The position numbers and the translations under genes are program-made. A stretch of 64,000 nucleotides of DNA from assembly GCA_963668355.1 (NCBI GenBank), contig OY764265.1, positions 800,001-864,000 on the forward strand, given 5' to 3'. Positions 53,187 to 62,752 of the stretch are shown here, in pieces. How positions within the stretch are numbered: position 1 is the first letter of the stretch; each line of letters begins with the position of its first letter. A model generated the notes under the pieces. That model searched no databases and was not told the origin of the DNA. It was given only the letters and a program-made list of their open reading frames with translations. The DNA comes from Bdellovibrionota bacterium. Its GTDB lineage: Bacteria; Bdellovibrionota_G; JALEGL01; DATDPG01.

Positions 53187-53339
53187 ATGAAAAAGAACAA
53201 AAAAAAGGTGAAATTGGATCTGGAAATTTTGGAGCTTGAAAGCAAGATCGCTCCGAGATCATTCGAATCTGTGCTTTGTCCTTGTGACGCAGGCGGAACG
53301 TCCAATCCATTATTCCCTGACAGTGGCGCGGAGTGCTAA
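53187..53339 (+). CDS. putative RiPP precursor peptide (50 aa)
   Basis: AAGGA SD; MKKNKKKVKLDLEILELESKIAP-RSFESVLCPCDAGGTSNPLFPDSGAEC; own promoter, riboswitch and terminator. Confidence 0.85.
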   Translation: MKKNKKKVKLDLEILELESKIAPRSFESVLCPCDAGGTSNPLFPDSGAEC

Positions 53340-53376
53340 CACCCCTACGTGCTAGTGTGAAAATTTAATAGGTACC

Positions 53377-53410
53377 CCAAGAGGCCCCTTTTCGGGGCCT
53401 CTTGGTTTTT
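53377..53410 (+). terminator. Rho-independent terminator after the precursor gene
   Basis: ccaagaggcccc-ttttc-ggggcctcttgg-ttttt. Confidence 0.85.
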
Positions 53411-53457
53411 CGGCCTTCCACTTGACGCTTCGAGATCCCCTGAATAACGTTTTGGAG

Positions 53458-54099
53458 ATGTCTAAGATCCCGGAAATTCAAGAAATTCTATCATGCTGGT
53501 TCACACACGAAGGAGCTTCGAAACCCATCGACCGTGAATCATTTGTTGGCTTAGCAAAGCCACTTCTCACCTCTCCACCGAAAAACCAGGCTTGGGAAAA
53601 AACTTGGAAAGAGGATGCTCTCGGAAGACTCGCTCTAACTCTGATTTGGGATCAAGGCCCACGAATGTGCTTCGAAGACGAGCGGCAAGTTGCCTGGGAT
53701 AAGGAAGCTCAAAAACTTGCCTCTCAATTTGAAAAAGACGGCCTGTTCAAAACGCTCTCTCCCCATCAACAAATCATGGCCCTCTTTCCCTTTTTTCATT
53801 CAGAAAATGTGGAAGATCAACATCGTTTTGCTTGCTTGAGTTTAGAAATTGCCGCCCGACACCCTGAATACGAATCCTATTATTGGCATGCCTGCGAGCG
53901 GTGGTTGATCCTTCAAAGATTTGGACGCATTCCTTGGCGAAATGCTCTCTTGAAACGCGAGTCCACCGAAAAAGAGTGGGAGTATATGGTCCATTCATTG
54001 AAACAATTGGGAGAACTTGATCAACTTCAAGAACTCAAAGATGCCGGGATGCTTCCTCAAAAATATTGGTCTGAACTCGAACCTCCCGCTGATTCCTGA
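53458..54099 (+). CDS. DUF924-family protein
   Basis: WF, LA....DQ.PR..F, PF.HSE, RFGR.P.RN..L.R.ST. Confidence 0.8.
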   Translation: MSKIPEIQEILSCWFTHEGASKPIDRESFVGLAKPLLTSPPKNQAWEKTWKEDALGRLALTLIWDQGPRMCFEDERQVAWDKEAQKLASQFEKDGLFKTLSPHQQIMALFPFFHSENVEDQHRFACLSLEIAARHPEYESYYWHACERWLILQRFGRIPWRNALLKRESTEKEWEYMVHSLKQLGELDQLQELKDAGMLPQKYWSELEPPADS

Positions 54100-55559
54100 T
54101 GGCCATGTCCCATACTGAAAGCCAAGACATTCTTCCCCTCGAGGGAACACTCTCAACCCAAACCCTCATTTGCGCCTATCGATTGAAAGTAGGTAGCAAG
54201 GTACTCACCTTAGAAAACTCTGTATCTTACGATCGTCAGCCGTTTGTTCGTTCCAAAACGGAATTCGATGCCGAAACGCATGATTTTTTATGGTGTGAAT
54301 TGCACTTTCCCAGAAAGAAAACGACCTGCCGCCTGGAACGGCACAATTCGATCGGCGTGTATTTTTCGAATCTTGAATCCGTTCACACGCGACAAACCAT
54401 TTTGGACATGGATCCCCAAGGGGTCCCGTTCGTTCCATTCGGGTACGCAGAATATGCTTTTTTGCTTCAAAAATTGAAGCGAGATGAAACCAAGCCTCAA
54501 ATTTTTCCCATGCTCCACATGACGGGGGGAGCCGAGTTTTCATTTCAAAACTTCTACTTTGCCATGCGAGTGGCCCCCTCCGACCCGACAAAGATTGTGG
54601 CAATGGATTTTTTTGAAAGTGTTTTGGGAAGACAATCTGAAAGCTTCCGCTTCGAACTCGCACCCAATGGAAAGGACATTGGGCTCGTAAATCTTTTTGA
54701 ACGTGGGTCTCTTTTTGGTGAGAATGACATTTCAAAGGGGATGGAATTCTTAGAAGCTTTTCCTCCAGAGGGCCCCCTTCAAGAGCCCCCGATTGACTTG
54801 GACATTGTCCAGGATGTAGAGGAACCTTGTGAACTCAGTTTGATAAGCCCTCTTCCCCTCGAAACCGAACCGCCTCTCTGGACACTTGTCTTCGATCTTT
54901 TCTGTATGCCTCTGGATGAAAAAAGGCCCCGCAGTCTCCGGCGCGAAGCCCTCCTGAATTCCATGAGCAAACAAAATATCGGCTGCCTTCTCTTGGATGA
55001 ATTCCTTTCTCATTCACAAATTGGAATGAAGAAATGTCCCAACGAACCCACGCCCCTTCACTTTAACGATCTAAAGGAATCCTTCCTCACGCTCTACAAC
55101 TCTCTGCCGGACTCAACCCAACGCAAATGCATTTTGATGGGATTTGAAGAAAACGCCTATTTATTGCCTCTAATTTTCGCCAACGCGGATCATGCACCTC
55201 CCCTTCTCTTGATTGATTCCGAGAAAACGAATTTTCATGAACATGTAAGCACATTGGTATTGGGAGACGATTCTCGACCTGAGCATTTTTTGATCGACGT
55301 TCCATCCATAGATCTCTTGCCCTCCCTCAAGAAATATCCTGGCCCTTGGTCCGTTTATGGAAAAAGGGGAAAACTTTATCGTTCCTCGTTTGACGTTGCC
55401 AAGACTCCTTCCCAAATGGATTGGATCGAGTACATGGGCCATGCCGGAACGCAAAAAGACTCCAACGCATTCTGGGTTCCCTGGGAAGCAAGCCCCGAGT
55501 GGTCTCAATATTGGAAGACTTGGGGGTTACGCGCTTTGAGTAAATCTGAAGATAAGTAG
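54099..55559 (+). CDS. hypothetical protein with degenerate alpha/beta-hydrolase-like C-half
   Basis: C.LMGFEENA where GxSxG would be expected; layout loosely resembles 49651-51333. Confidence 0.45.
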   Translation: MAMSHTESQDILPLEGTLSTQTLICAYRLKVGSKVLTLENSVSYDRQPFVRSKTEFDAETHDFLWCELHFPRKKTTCRLERHNSIGVYFSNLESVHTRQTILDMDPQGVPFVPFGYAEYAFLLQKLKRDETKPQIFPMLHMTGGAEFSFQNFYFAMRVAPSDPTKIVAMDFFESVLGRQSESFRFELAPNGKDIGLVNLFERGSLFGENDISKGMEFLEAFPPEGPLQEPPIDLDIVQDVEEPCELSLISPLPLETEPPLWTLVFDLFCMPLDEKRPRSLRREALLNSMSKQNIGCLLLDEFLSHSQIGMKKCPNEPTPLHFNDLKESFLTLYNSLPDSTQRKCILMGFEENAYLLPLIFANADHAPPLLLIDSEKTNFHEHVSTLVLGDDSRPEHFLIDVPSIDLLPSLKKYPGPWSVYGKRGKLYRSSFDVAKTPSQMDWIEYMGHAGTQKDSNAFWVPWEASPEWSQYWKTWGLRALSKSEDK

Positions 55560-55596
55560 GACCCGATCAATCACTTTAATGCTAGGATGATGTGTT

Positions 55597-58167
55597 GTGA
55601 CTTGGAAAGCCCTTTCGAAATTCTCAACTTCAGGAACCAACTTTCCAATTGAGTCCTTAACCTCTCTGAGATTCGAAAAAACGTATCGAGCCATCCAGGA
55701 CTTTCTTGATCTTGAGGAACACACGCATGCCCTAGCCAATGACTTGGCCGAAAAAATCCAAACACATTTGTATAGCGACTCCACGCGCAAGGCATGGCAA
55801 AAGCTTAAAAAGAATCTCGGACAAAAGAAAAGCATCTCCACCCATTTCATCAAGATAAAGAACGACGACTCCGCTCCTCTTGAGCTACGTGAGGGGCTAG
55901 AACAATACGAACTCCGACACCATGAGTGCCTAGCGCAATTGGAAAAACTTGAACCATTGTTTCAAGAAGAATTGGCACATAAGAGAAAAGGGTTCTGGGA
56001 ACTCACCCAACACCCATTCATTCAAGAAACCTTATTCCACTTGAACCCTGATTTTCTGAATCGCCTTCACGCTTACCTCGGCGACGCTGGAACGCAAAAA
56101 CGAGACAAAAAAATGCGTGAAAGGGAGAGAACGCTGGCTTCCTACTTCGCTCGAATATGCGCCAAGAACTCTGCCAGCGGTCCCATGGGACCATCCTCCG
56201 CTGCCACATTCTCCGACCAGAAAAAAAATCTCTCTCTTGCTTGGGGAAAAACGGCCGAAAAAGAGTATGGACTTAAACACAAGGAGGCATTTTTCAGTCA
56301 TTGGGGCGCGCGAGAAATTGCCAAAAAAATCTCGGAAAATGCGAGTCTCCGCCTCTCTCTTCCTCTTCGCCTCCATCCCGTTGCCAGGCTTCAAGAAAAC
56401 ACGCTTACTTCAATGATCCACATTCCTGGGCATCCTTTCTTGCCTACAAAGCCCGAAACCTCTATTTCTCCAGAACTTTTTGCTCTCTTGGAGGAAAGCG
56501 ATCAAACCCTAAGCGGAAATCAACTCCTCCAAAAGATCTCATCTGAAACAGACGCGGCGAAAATGCGCTTAGAAATCCTCACACTTTTAAATGAACGATT
56601 CCTCTTGGACGGTCTTTATATTCCACCCGGCCTTTTCCACCCGCTTCAATACCTCATCTCACGATTGGAAAGTTCCTCAGAAAGAGAGGTCGTGGAAAAA
56701 TGGTTGAATCTTTTGAAGCAATTTGAAGATCTGCGTGTCCGATTTTCCACAGGAACCTTGAAAGAAAAAGAAAGCATCTTTCACAAAGTCGGCGATCTCT
56801 TTTCTGAGCAGATTCACCATGATACGTCACGAGGCGAAGGAAAGTACTACGCAGATCGCTATCTCATCTACGAGGATTGCTCGCGCAACCACGCCCCCAT
56901 CGAGATTGGGGGAAACTTAGAAAAGCAGATCTTTCAGGAATACACGTTTGCCCTAGAATTGCTTTCTCCAGAGTGGCTATTGCTCATCGTTCCCCCGGCC
57001 ATCAATTCCCGACTTTTTCTCGAAAAGCTCAAAAAGAACCCAAAATACATCGAGCAAGGGCCCGTCCTGTTTTTTCAGGGGTTACTCAACAACCAGTTTT
57101 CGGGCATCTCCGAGGAACTCAAAGAGGATGCGAGAGGAATCGAGTGGCTCTCAAACATCATTGAACTCAAACAACTTTCCAAGGAACTCCTTTCTCAGGT
57201 GGACGAGTCAGAAAAAGAGGTCCTCTGGTCAGAAACCGATCCCTTGATTCAAGCGTATCGAAAAAAATTCAGAGAGGCCGTTGCAAGCGCTGATCTTCCT
57301 TTACCCATTTTCGCAAGTGGTCCAGGGCTTCAACTATCCGCAGAAAACCTCGAAGCCATCAATCAGGGGGAATACACGATCATTTTTGATTCGGTCATTT
57401 TTGGAAACAGCATGAATCTGACGACGCTGAATTATTTCGCCACCGATCGAACAGACCAAACTCAACAGACGGAATTAGCCCTCAAGAGCATGTGCAACCT
57501 TTCAACGGGAAGGCGCGCTGACTTCCTCGTCGCCCATCAACAGGATACAAAGTTTTCCCCTTGGTACATTCCCGGATTGGACATCGAATGTCTGGCTCCC
57601 AGCTCCAAAGACAGCGAAAACGTTGCTCCCCTGAATGAACTCCGCCTGAGCCTAAATGACGAGGTTGATTTTGAAGTGGATCAAAAGGGCAAAAACACGC
57701 CTTTGCGGTATTTATTTCCCCACACCACGCGCTTAAGCACAAAATTGATTCACCCCAATTTCGAAGTTCATTGTCCTCGAATTCGCCTGGGAAATACGGT
57801 TCTTCAACGAGAACAATGGAAACTCAACACATGCGACTGGTCGACACCTGAAAAGAGTCAAAATTCGGATTTATCCAGATTCATTGAGGCCCTTCGAAAC
57901 CAACGCAAGTTTGGACTTCCGGATACGATCTTTGTCGACCCGAGCGGGCCGAAAAAGAATATCTTCATTGATTTTCGAAATTTTTTCTTGGTCGAAATTC
58001 TCTCAAGTCTCCTGGGAGACAACGAAACATTTCGAGTGTCCGAAATGTTGCCTTCGGACGACCATTTTTGGATGCCCTGCCCTCACGAATCCGGCCACTT
58101 GAATATGGAGTTTTCTCCATTTCTTTACTTTGACCCAGATCATGGCGAAGAAGAGTCATCTTCATAA
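55597..58167 (+). CDS. PEARL / small-LanB (lantibiotic dehydratase N-terminal) homolog, motif-divergent
   Basis: ERTLASYFARICAKN, GKYYADRYLIYEDCSR, PRI.LG..VLQRE.W, LPD.IFV, FIDF.N, VSEMLP..W; no elimination domain. Confidence 0.85.
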   Translation: MTWKALSKFSTSGTNFPIESLTSLRFEKTYRAIQDFLDLEEHTHALANDLAEKIQTHLYSDSTRKAWQKLKKNLGQKKSISTHFIKIKNDDSAPLELREGLEQYELRHHECLAQLEKLEPLFQEELAHKRKGFWELTQHPFIQETLFHLNPDFLNRLHAYLGDAGTQKRDKKMRERERTLASYFARICAKNSASGPMGPSSAATFSDQKKNLSLAWGKTAEKEYGLKHKEAFFSHWGAREIAKKISENASLRLSLPLRLHPVARLQENTLTSMIHIPGHPFLPTKPETSISPELFALLEESDQTLSGNQLLQKISSETDAAKMRLEILTLLNERFLLDGLYIPPGLFHPLQYLISRLESSSEREVVEKWLNLLKQFEDLRVRFSTGTLKEKESIFHKVGDLFSEQIHHDTSRGEGKYYADRYLIYEDCSRNHAPIEIGGNLEKQIFQEYTFALELLSPEWLLLIVPPAINSRLFLEKLKKNPKYIEQGPVLFFQGLLNNQFSGISEELKEDARGIEWLSNIIELKQLSKELLSQVDESEKEVLWSETDPLIQAYRKKFREAVASADLPLPIFASGPGLQLSAENLEAINQGEYTIIFDSVIFGNSMNLTTLNYFATDRTDQTQQTELALKSMCNLSTGRRADFLVAHQQDTKFSPWYIPGLDIECLAPSSKDSENVAPLNELRLSLNDEVDFEVDQKGKNTPLRYLFPHTTRLSTKLIHPNFEVHCPRIRLGNTVLQREQWKLNTCDWSTPEKSQNSDLSRFIEALRNQRKFGLPDTIFVDPSGPKKNIFIDFRNFFLVEILSSLLGDNETFRVSEMLPSDDHFWMPCPHESGHLNMEFSPFLYFDPDHGEEESSS

Positions 58168-58181
58168 TAAGAAGAACACGT

Positions 58182-59474
58182 ATGTCTGAGGTTCGAAAAA
58201 AAATTTTTCTCCTCTTTTTCCTTCTATGCCTACCTAACCGGGGTTTAGCTCAAGAAGGAGCGGTTCGGTCTCGATTTCACTGGGACGTCAATACGTCCAT
58301 CCTGTTTTCGGTGGAAGGACAAGATTTGGCGGGGTTTCCCTATTCGCATGTCGTGCCAACCAACCGCGCCCCGCGAAACTACGTGGGATTTGATTGGTTT
58401 GGCTCCTTGGAACCCGAATCCAAACTCTATCAATTCTTTGGGAGTTTTCCCTTAACCACCTGGAGTTTGAATCCCCATATTGAAATTGATTTCAACCCCT
58501 GGGAGACACTCACGTCTCTATACTATTTTCAAGCCGTCAGAAATCCCCAAGGAGCCAAGCAGGATCACCGAACCTTTCTTCCGGACCGGGGAGTTCCTGG
58601 ATCTCCTTTTCTTCCGGAGGGAGCTGACTTCGTGGACTTGAACGAAAAAGGATTGGATTTTAACTTCGGGGACAATACGATCCGAGTCAAACCGGTGATT
58701 TACGACGCTTGGATTCGCTTTGAACCCAAGGGCCTGGATCGTGCACATTTGCGCGTAGGACATTTTCCGATTCCCTATGGCCTAGATCCCGCCCTGGCCA
58801 GTCGCGGAGGAGAGTTCATTGCTCCAGTTGAAAACACAGACCTTGGCTTTAAACGGGATTGGGGACTGGCGTGGAAAGCTCCCTTGGGTCCATACGAATA
58901 TACGTTGGCGGCAACAACCGGAATGGGATTGGGCATTCATGATCCTCATTGGTTTTCCGACGATCGACCGGCGTCATACTTATTTTCAGCGCGCATCGGA
59001 CTTCCCAGCTATATGAGACGAAACTACGGCCTCTCGGGTCTCTTTGGAAAAGTGGCCACTTTTGCTGGAGATCACTTGCTCCAAAACTGGGCCCGGCAAC
59101 GCTGGCGCGTAAATTTCAACTTCTTTCAGCGAATCCATGAACGCTTCTACTTCATTTTTGAATCGGGCTTCGGAAAAAATGAAGATGCGCGAGGCGATGG
59201 TGATAATTTGGATGAATGGGTCTTTTCAGGGCAAATCCGATTTGATTACATTCCCTCTCAAGACAGCCGTTGGAAAATCAAGTGGCAAATGCAATCGGTC
59301 TTGTTTGACTTGCGAGATAGCGAACAAGATTTTGTAAACACCACGCTAGAAGCTTCGTATGCCTTTTCGAGCGCGTGGAATATTCGCTTCAGTTATGTAC
59401 ATGATTTTCGCATGCCCGAAATGGTCGATATTGAAGATCAACGTGTTTATCTTTCTCTCAACTATTATCAATGA
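58182..59474 (+). CDS. porin-like outer-membrane beta-barrel
   Basis: Signal peptide, DAWI, RVG.F.IPYGL, RDWG, C-terminal LNYYQ. Confidence 0.65.
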   Translation: MSEVRKKIFLLFFLLCLPNRGLAQEGAVRSRFHWDVNTSILFSVEGQDLAGFPYSHVVPTNRAPRNYVGFDWFGSLEPESKLYQFFGSFPLTTWSLNPHIEIDFNPWETLTSLYYFQAVRNPQGAKQDHRTFLPDRGVPGSPFLPEGADFVDLNEKGLDFNFGDNTIRVKPVIYDAWIRFEPKGLDRAHLRVGHFPIPYGLDPALASRGGEFIAPVENTDLGFKRDWGLAWKAPLGPYEYTLAATTGMGLGIHDPHWFSDDRPASYLFSARIGLPSYMRRNYGLSGLFGKVATFAGDHLLQNWARQRWRVNFNFFQRIHERFYFIFESGFGKNEDARGDGDNLDEWVFSGQIRFDYIPSQDSRWKIKWQMQSVLFDLRDSEQDFVNTTLEASYAFSSAWNIRFSYVHDFRMPEMVDIEDQRVYLSLNYYQ

Positions 59475-59673
59475 TGCCGCGCGTTGACTTGAGTGGCTTT
59501 GTTTTTGAAATCCTTGGTTTTCCTTCTCTTTTCAAAGACATTTCGTTTAAAATAAGAAATCAAATTTGGGGGCACTTTGGTGGCAAGAAAAATGCGTCTT
59601 AAGGTGCCAGTAACTATGCCTTAACCCTTCTCACGAGGGAGGGTGACAAAACTCTTTTTGAGAGGAGAGATGA

Positions 59674-60609
59674 ATGTTTAAAAACTTATTCGCCTTAACC
59701 ACGGCGCTTTTTCTAGTGGTCGGCTTTGTTGGTTGCGGAGGCGACGATGATGAAGATGCAACTCTGGTCTCTGTTAGCGGCGTTGTCTTAGATGTTGATA
59801 CGCTCGAACTCGTTCCCAATGTCTGCGTATTCTTGCTTGATCATGAAGATGACTACATCAGTGAAGCCACAAATGAACAGGGTGAATTCACCGTACAGGT
59901 TCCTCAGGGATCTCCATTCCTACTGGTTGCGGATGATTGTGAAGCACCCATGGCCGATGATACAGGTCGATGGTATCCAACCCTGAACGCGGATATCATT
60001 CACACGCCCACGATCGATGAAAACCAAACGGGTCATCCGATTCACATCAGCTCAAACATCAGCACGTACGATGCCGAGGGAGCTAATCAAGGAGCCAATG
60101 CGGCGTATATGAATTATTTTGAAAATGCGGAGAACGATGCAGATTTCTTCTCGCCCGTCACAAGTCTCCATGGTGATACAAACAATGGTTGGATTTTCTT
60201 GTCCACCTTCTGGGTTGACACGGAGTCGGAAACCTTCTTTGAAGATGGAACCGGACAGACCGGAACGATTGCATCTCCGAATGCCGATGCTTGCCCTGTG
60301 GGTTACTTTGACTTTCCCGATGTTACGGCGGACGGAGAGGCCATTGATGCAACCTTAGGACCCGACATTCTTCAGGCTGGCGGTGGAACGGGAACCGATG
60401 AAACGTATGCGTTCATCACGTTCTGCAGTGACGAGCTCACGGGAACCAGCGTGGACCTCACGCTCGACTCTCCCAACCACACACCCACATCGGTAACGTA
60501 CGAGGACCTACCCGTACGACCTCATATGTGCACACTTCTCTTCCCATCCTCAATCGATGGTGAGTCTGTGCCCATTAAAGATGTGTTAACTCTCTTTGAG
60601 GTTTTGTAA
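59674..60609 (+). CDS. acidic lipoprotein with carboxypeptidase-regulatory-like N-domain
   Basis: GAGGAG SD, lipobox FVGC, V.G.V.D, T.E.G.F. Confidence 0.7.
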   Translation: MFKNLFALTTALFLVVGFVGCGGDDDEDATLVSVSGVVLDVDTLELVPNVCVFLLDHEDDYISEATNEQGEFTVQVPQGSPFLLVADDCEAPMADDTGRWYPTLNADIIHTPTIDENQTGHPIHISSNISTYDAEGANQGANAAYMNYFENAENDADFFSPVTSLHGDTNNGWIFLSTFWVDTESETFFEDGTGQTGTIASPNADACPVGYFDFPDVTADGEAIDATLGPDILQAGGGTGTDETYAFITFCSDELTGTSVDLTLDSPNHTPTSVTYEDLPVRPHMCTLLFPSSIDGESVPIKDVLTLFEVL

Positions 60610-60615
60610 AAAGCA

Positions 60616-61575
60616 GTGTCTACAAGACTCAACTCAACAGGCAGCGCGTTTTCGCGCTGCCTGTTTCTTTTTTTTCTAGCCATAACTTTTCTCAGCAAAG
60701 ACGCATACGCCGGAGCCTGGGTTCAAGATCCCTACAATTTCATGGTCATGACGTCCGTGGGACTTTTCAACTCCGACAAGAATTACAATCGATTTGGAGA
60801 TGAAGCTTCCAATGCATTGAGAGAAAATCCTGATTTGGCGTTCAGTCCTCCACGCCCCGCGAATTACAAACAGTACGATGGCACACTCTATATGGAATAT
60901 GGCCTACCGTACGATTTGGAAATCGACATCTCTTTTCCGTTTTACACACGAAACACGCTCTCGGCTGATTTCGGCTCATTCTCCACAGAGGGAATCTCGG
61001 ACATGACCGTGGGCTTAAAAGCCTTGTGGTTCTGGAGGGAGTGGTTTTTAAGTTCGATTCTCTTTGAGGTGGGAATTCCCCTGGGCGATGACAGTGCTGT
61101 CGGGACATCGGGAACACTGGCCCCACAGGAAATGCCCATCGGAGATGGTGAATGGGATTATGCAATTCGCCTGATCGGAAGCAAAGGCTTTCAGACGCTT
61201 CCCATTTACCTCACGGGAGACATCGGCTACCGCTTTCGAAACATTGCCCGAGGATCGGACGATATCCCATGGACCGCCGAAGCCGGTTATAGTTTTTATT
61301 TTCCAGGAAAATGGTTTTCATTCATCACCCCCTTCATCAACTTTTCAGGGATGTTGAGCTTGGGCGAAGTCAATGACCAAGACGCCTTGGTGTTGGTGCT
61401 TTCTCAAACGTTGACAGGAGCCTCTCCCAATGAAGAAGTCATTGAATTCCGACCGGGTGTGTTTGTGGGAATCTGGGACAAACTTTCATTCGGCGTCAAC
61501 TACTTGCAAACCTTGCAAGGAAAGAACACCGGTGCTGGATGGGGACTCCGTGCAGGCCTCATGTGGCAGAATTGA
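60616..61575 (+). CDS. transporter/MetA-pathway-like outer-membrane barrel
   Basis: Signal peptide then AGAW, EYGL, G..D..VGLK, P.G, IGDG.WD, C-terminal WQN. Confidence 0.6.
   Translation: MSTRLNSTGSAFSRCLFLFFLAITFLSKDAYAGAWVQDPYNFMVMTSVGLFNSDKNYNRFGDEASNALRENPDLAFSPPRPANYKQYDGTLYMEYGLPYDLEIDISFPFYTRNTLSADFGSFSTEGISDMTVGLKALWFWREWFLSSILFEVGIPLGDDSAVGTSGTLAPQEMPIGDGEWDYAIRLIGSKGFQTLPIYLTGDIGYRFRNIARGSDDIPWTAEAGYSFYFPGKWFSFITPFINFSGMLSLGEVNDQDALVLVLSQTLTGASPNEEVIEFRPGVFVGIWDKLSFGVNYLQTLQGKNTGAGWGLRAGLMWQN
60636..60675 (+). terminator. terminator-like hairpin within the 5' end of the 60616 ORF
   Basis: aacaggcagcgcg-tttt-cgcgctgcctgtt then a T-run. Confidence 0.7.
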
Positions 61576-61582
61576 GGGCTTG

Positions 61583-62752
61583 ATGACATCACGCATATTG
61601 AAAATAAGCTTTTTTTCCTTTCTTGGCTTGATTCTGCTTCCAGCATTTTTGGCTCATGCCCAAGCCCCTACCTCTCAACCTTCCATCAAAAAGGGAGCCG
61701 GAATCACATCCATTTATTGTGGAGATCCTTGGAAACAAGGCGAAGGACAAGAAGCGGAATGCACGATTCAAACGGGCATGACCACCTGGACGTTTCGATA
61801 CTATTTGGAAGGAGACACACGCCTCACGCTGAAAGGGAGAGTCAAAAATTTACTGGTTCTTTTCCACCCGGATGGCTTTAACCATTTGGCCCGCGATTGG
61901 TGGGGCGCGTTGATTGGTCCCGAAAAGGCCATCGACACCGAAAGATACATGATTCTTTCCATTGGAAATCCAGCTGACGGCAATCCGCCCAAAACCGGAA
62001 ATCCGATTTTTCTCACGATGGATGAAATTTTGGCCGCCCAAAAGGCCGTGATTGATTATTTATTTCACCGAAGAACCGACTTCATCGTCGCCGGACCTTC
62101 TTCGGGTGGAATCAATGCGTTTCTGTATGCCATCAAATACCCCGATGACATTAAAAAAGCCTTTTTGGTCACGGCTCACCCTCTTTATCCCGAAGGCAAG
62201 GGAGAAGATGTTGAGCAGTTGATGGAAAAGCTTCAACGAACGGAAATGCAAAAGGGAATTTATCAAAACTGGGATCGCGCCACTAAAATTGAATTTTGGC
62301 GAACGCAAAGCATTGCGGATGTTGAAACGGGATTAAGCGAAGCCTTTTTTCAAAAGGCCAGCAATATGAAAGATGTGGGTTTGGATCCAAAGGATTTCAA
62401 AAACGCCGAGCAATTCAAGAAGACTCTGATCCAAAGTTGGGCCGAAGGATATGCCGACTCTCTGGATCCGAGTTGGTTGGGGGCCATTTCCGGAGCTTTG
62501 GATGAGGGGATGAAAGCCGTAAAGCCTGAGGACTACAAAAATCTCCCCAAAGATATGTTGGTCGTCTACAACAAACTCGATCTCACATTCAAACCAGAAC
62601 ATGTGGAAAAGTTTGGAACTCTGGTAAAAAAAGAACGTCGAGGATCGCGCATCAAATTGGTGGAGGTGGAAGACGATCAAGGACATAGCGTATGTTGTTC
62701 TCTGAGGCTTCCCAAAACGATGCCTGAAGCCATCGCCGAATTTCTTGACTGA
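61583..62752 (+). CDS. secreted alpha/beta hydrolase (homoserine acetyltransferase-like fold)
   Basis: Signal peptide, WW.ALIGP.KAIDT.RY, GPSSGG, D.TF, GH. Confidence 0.75.
   Translation: MTSRILKISFFSFLGLILLPAFLAHAQAPTSQPSIKKGAGITSIYCGDPWKQGEGQEAECTIQTGMTTWTFRYYLEGDTRLTLKGRVKNLLVLFHPDGFNHLARDWWGALIGPEKAIDTERYMILSIGNPADGNPPKTGNPIFLTMDEILAAQKAVIDYLFHRRTDFIVAGPSSGGINAFLYAIKYPDDIKKAFLVTAHPLYPEGKGEDVEQLMEKLQRTEMQKGIYQNWDRATKIEFWRTQSIADVETGLSEAFFQKASNMKDVGLDPKDFKNAEQFKKTLIQSWAEGYADSLDPSWLGAISGALDEGMKAVKPEDYKNLPKDMLVVYNKLDLTFKPEHVEKFGTLVKKERRGSRIKLVEVEDDQGHSVCCSLRLPKTMPEAIAEFLD

Noticed and set aside
55597..58167. Classical class I lanthipeptide or thiopeptide cluster
   Set aside because: No elimination domain, LanC or YcaO is visible in the window; the motifs fit the PEARL-type small LanB.
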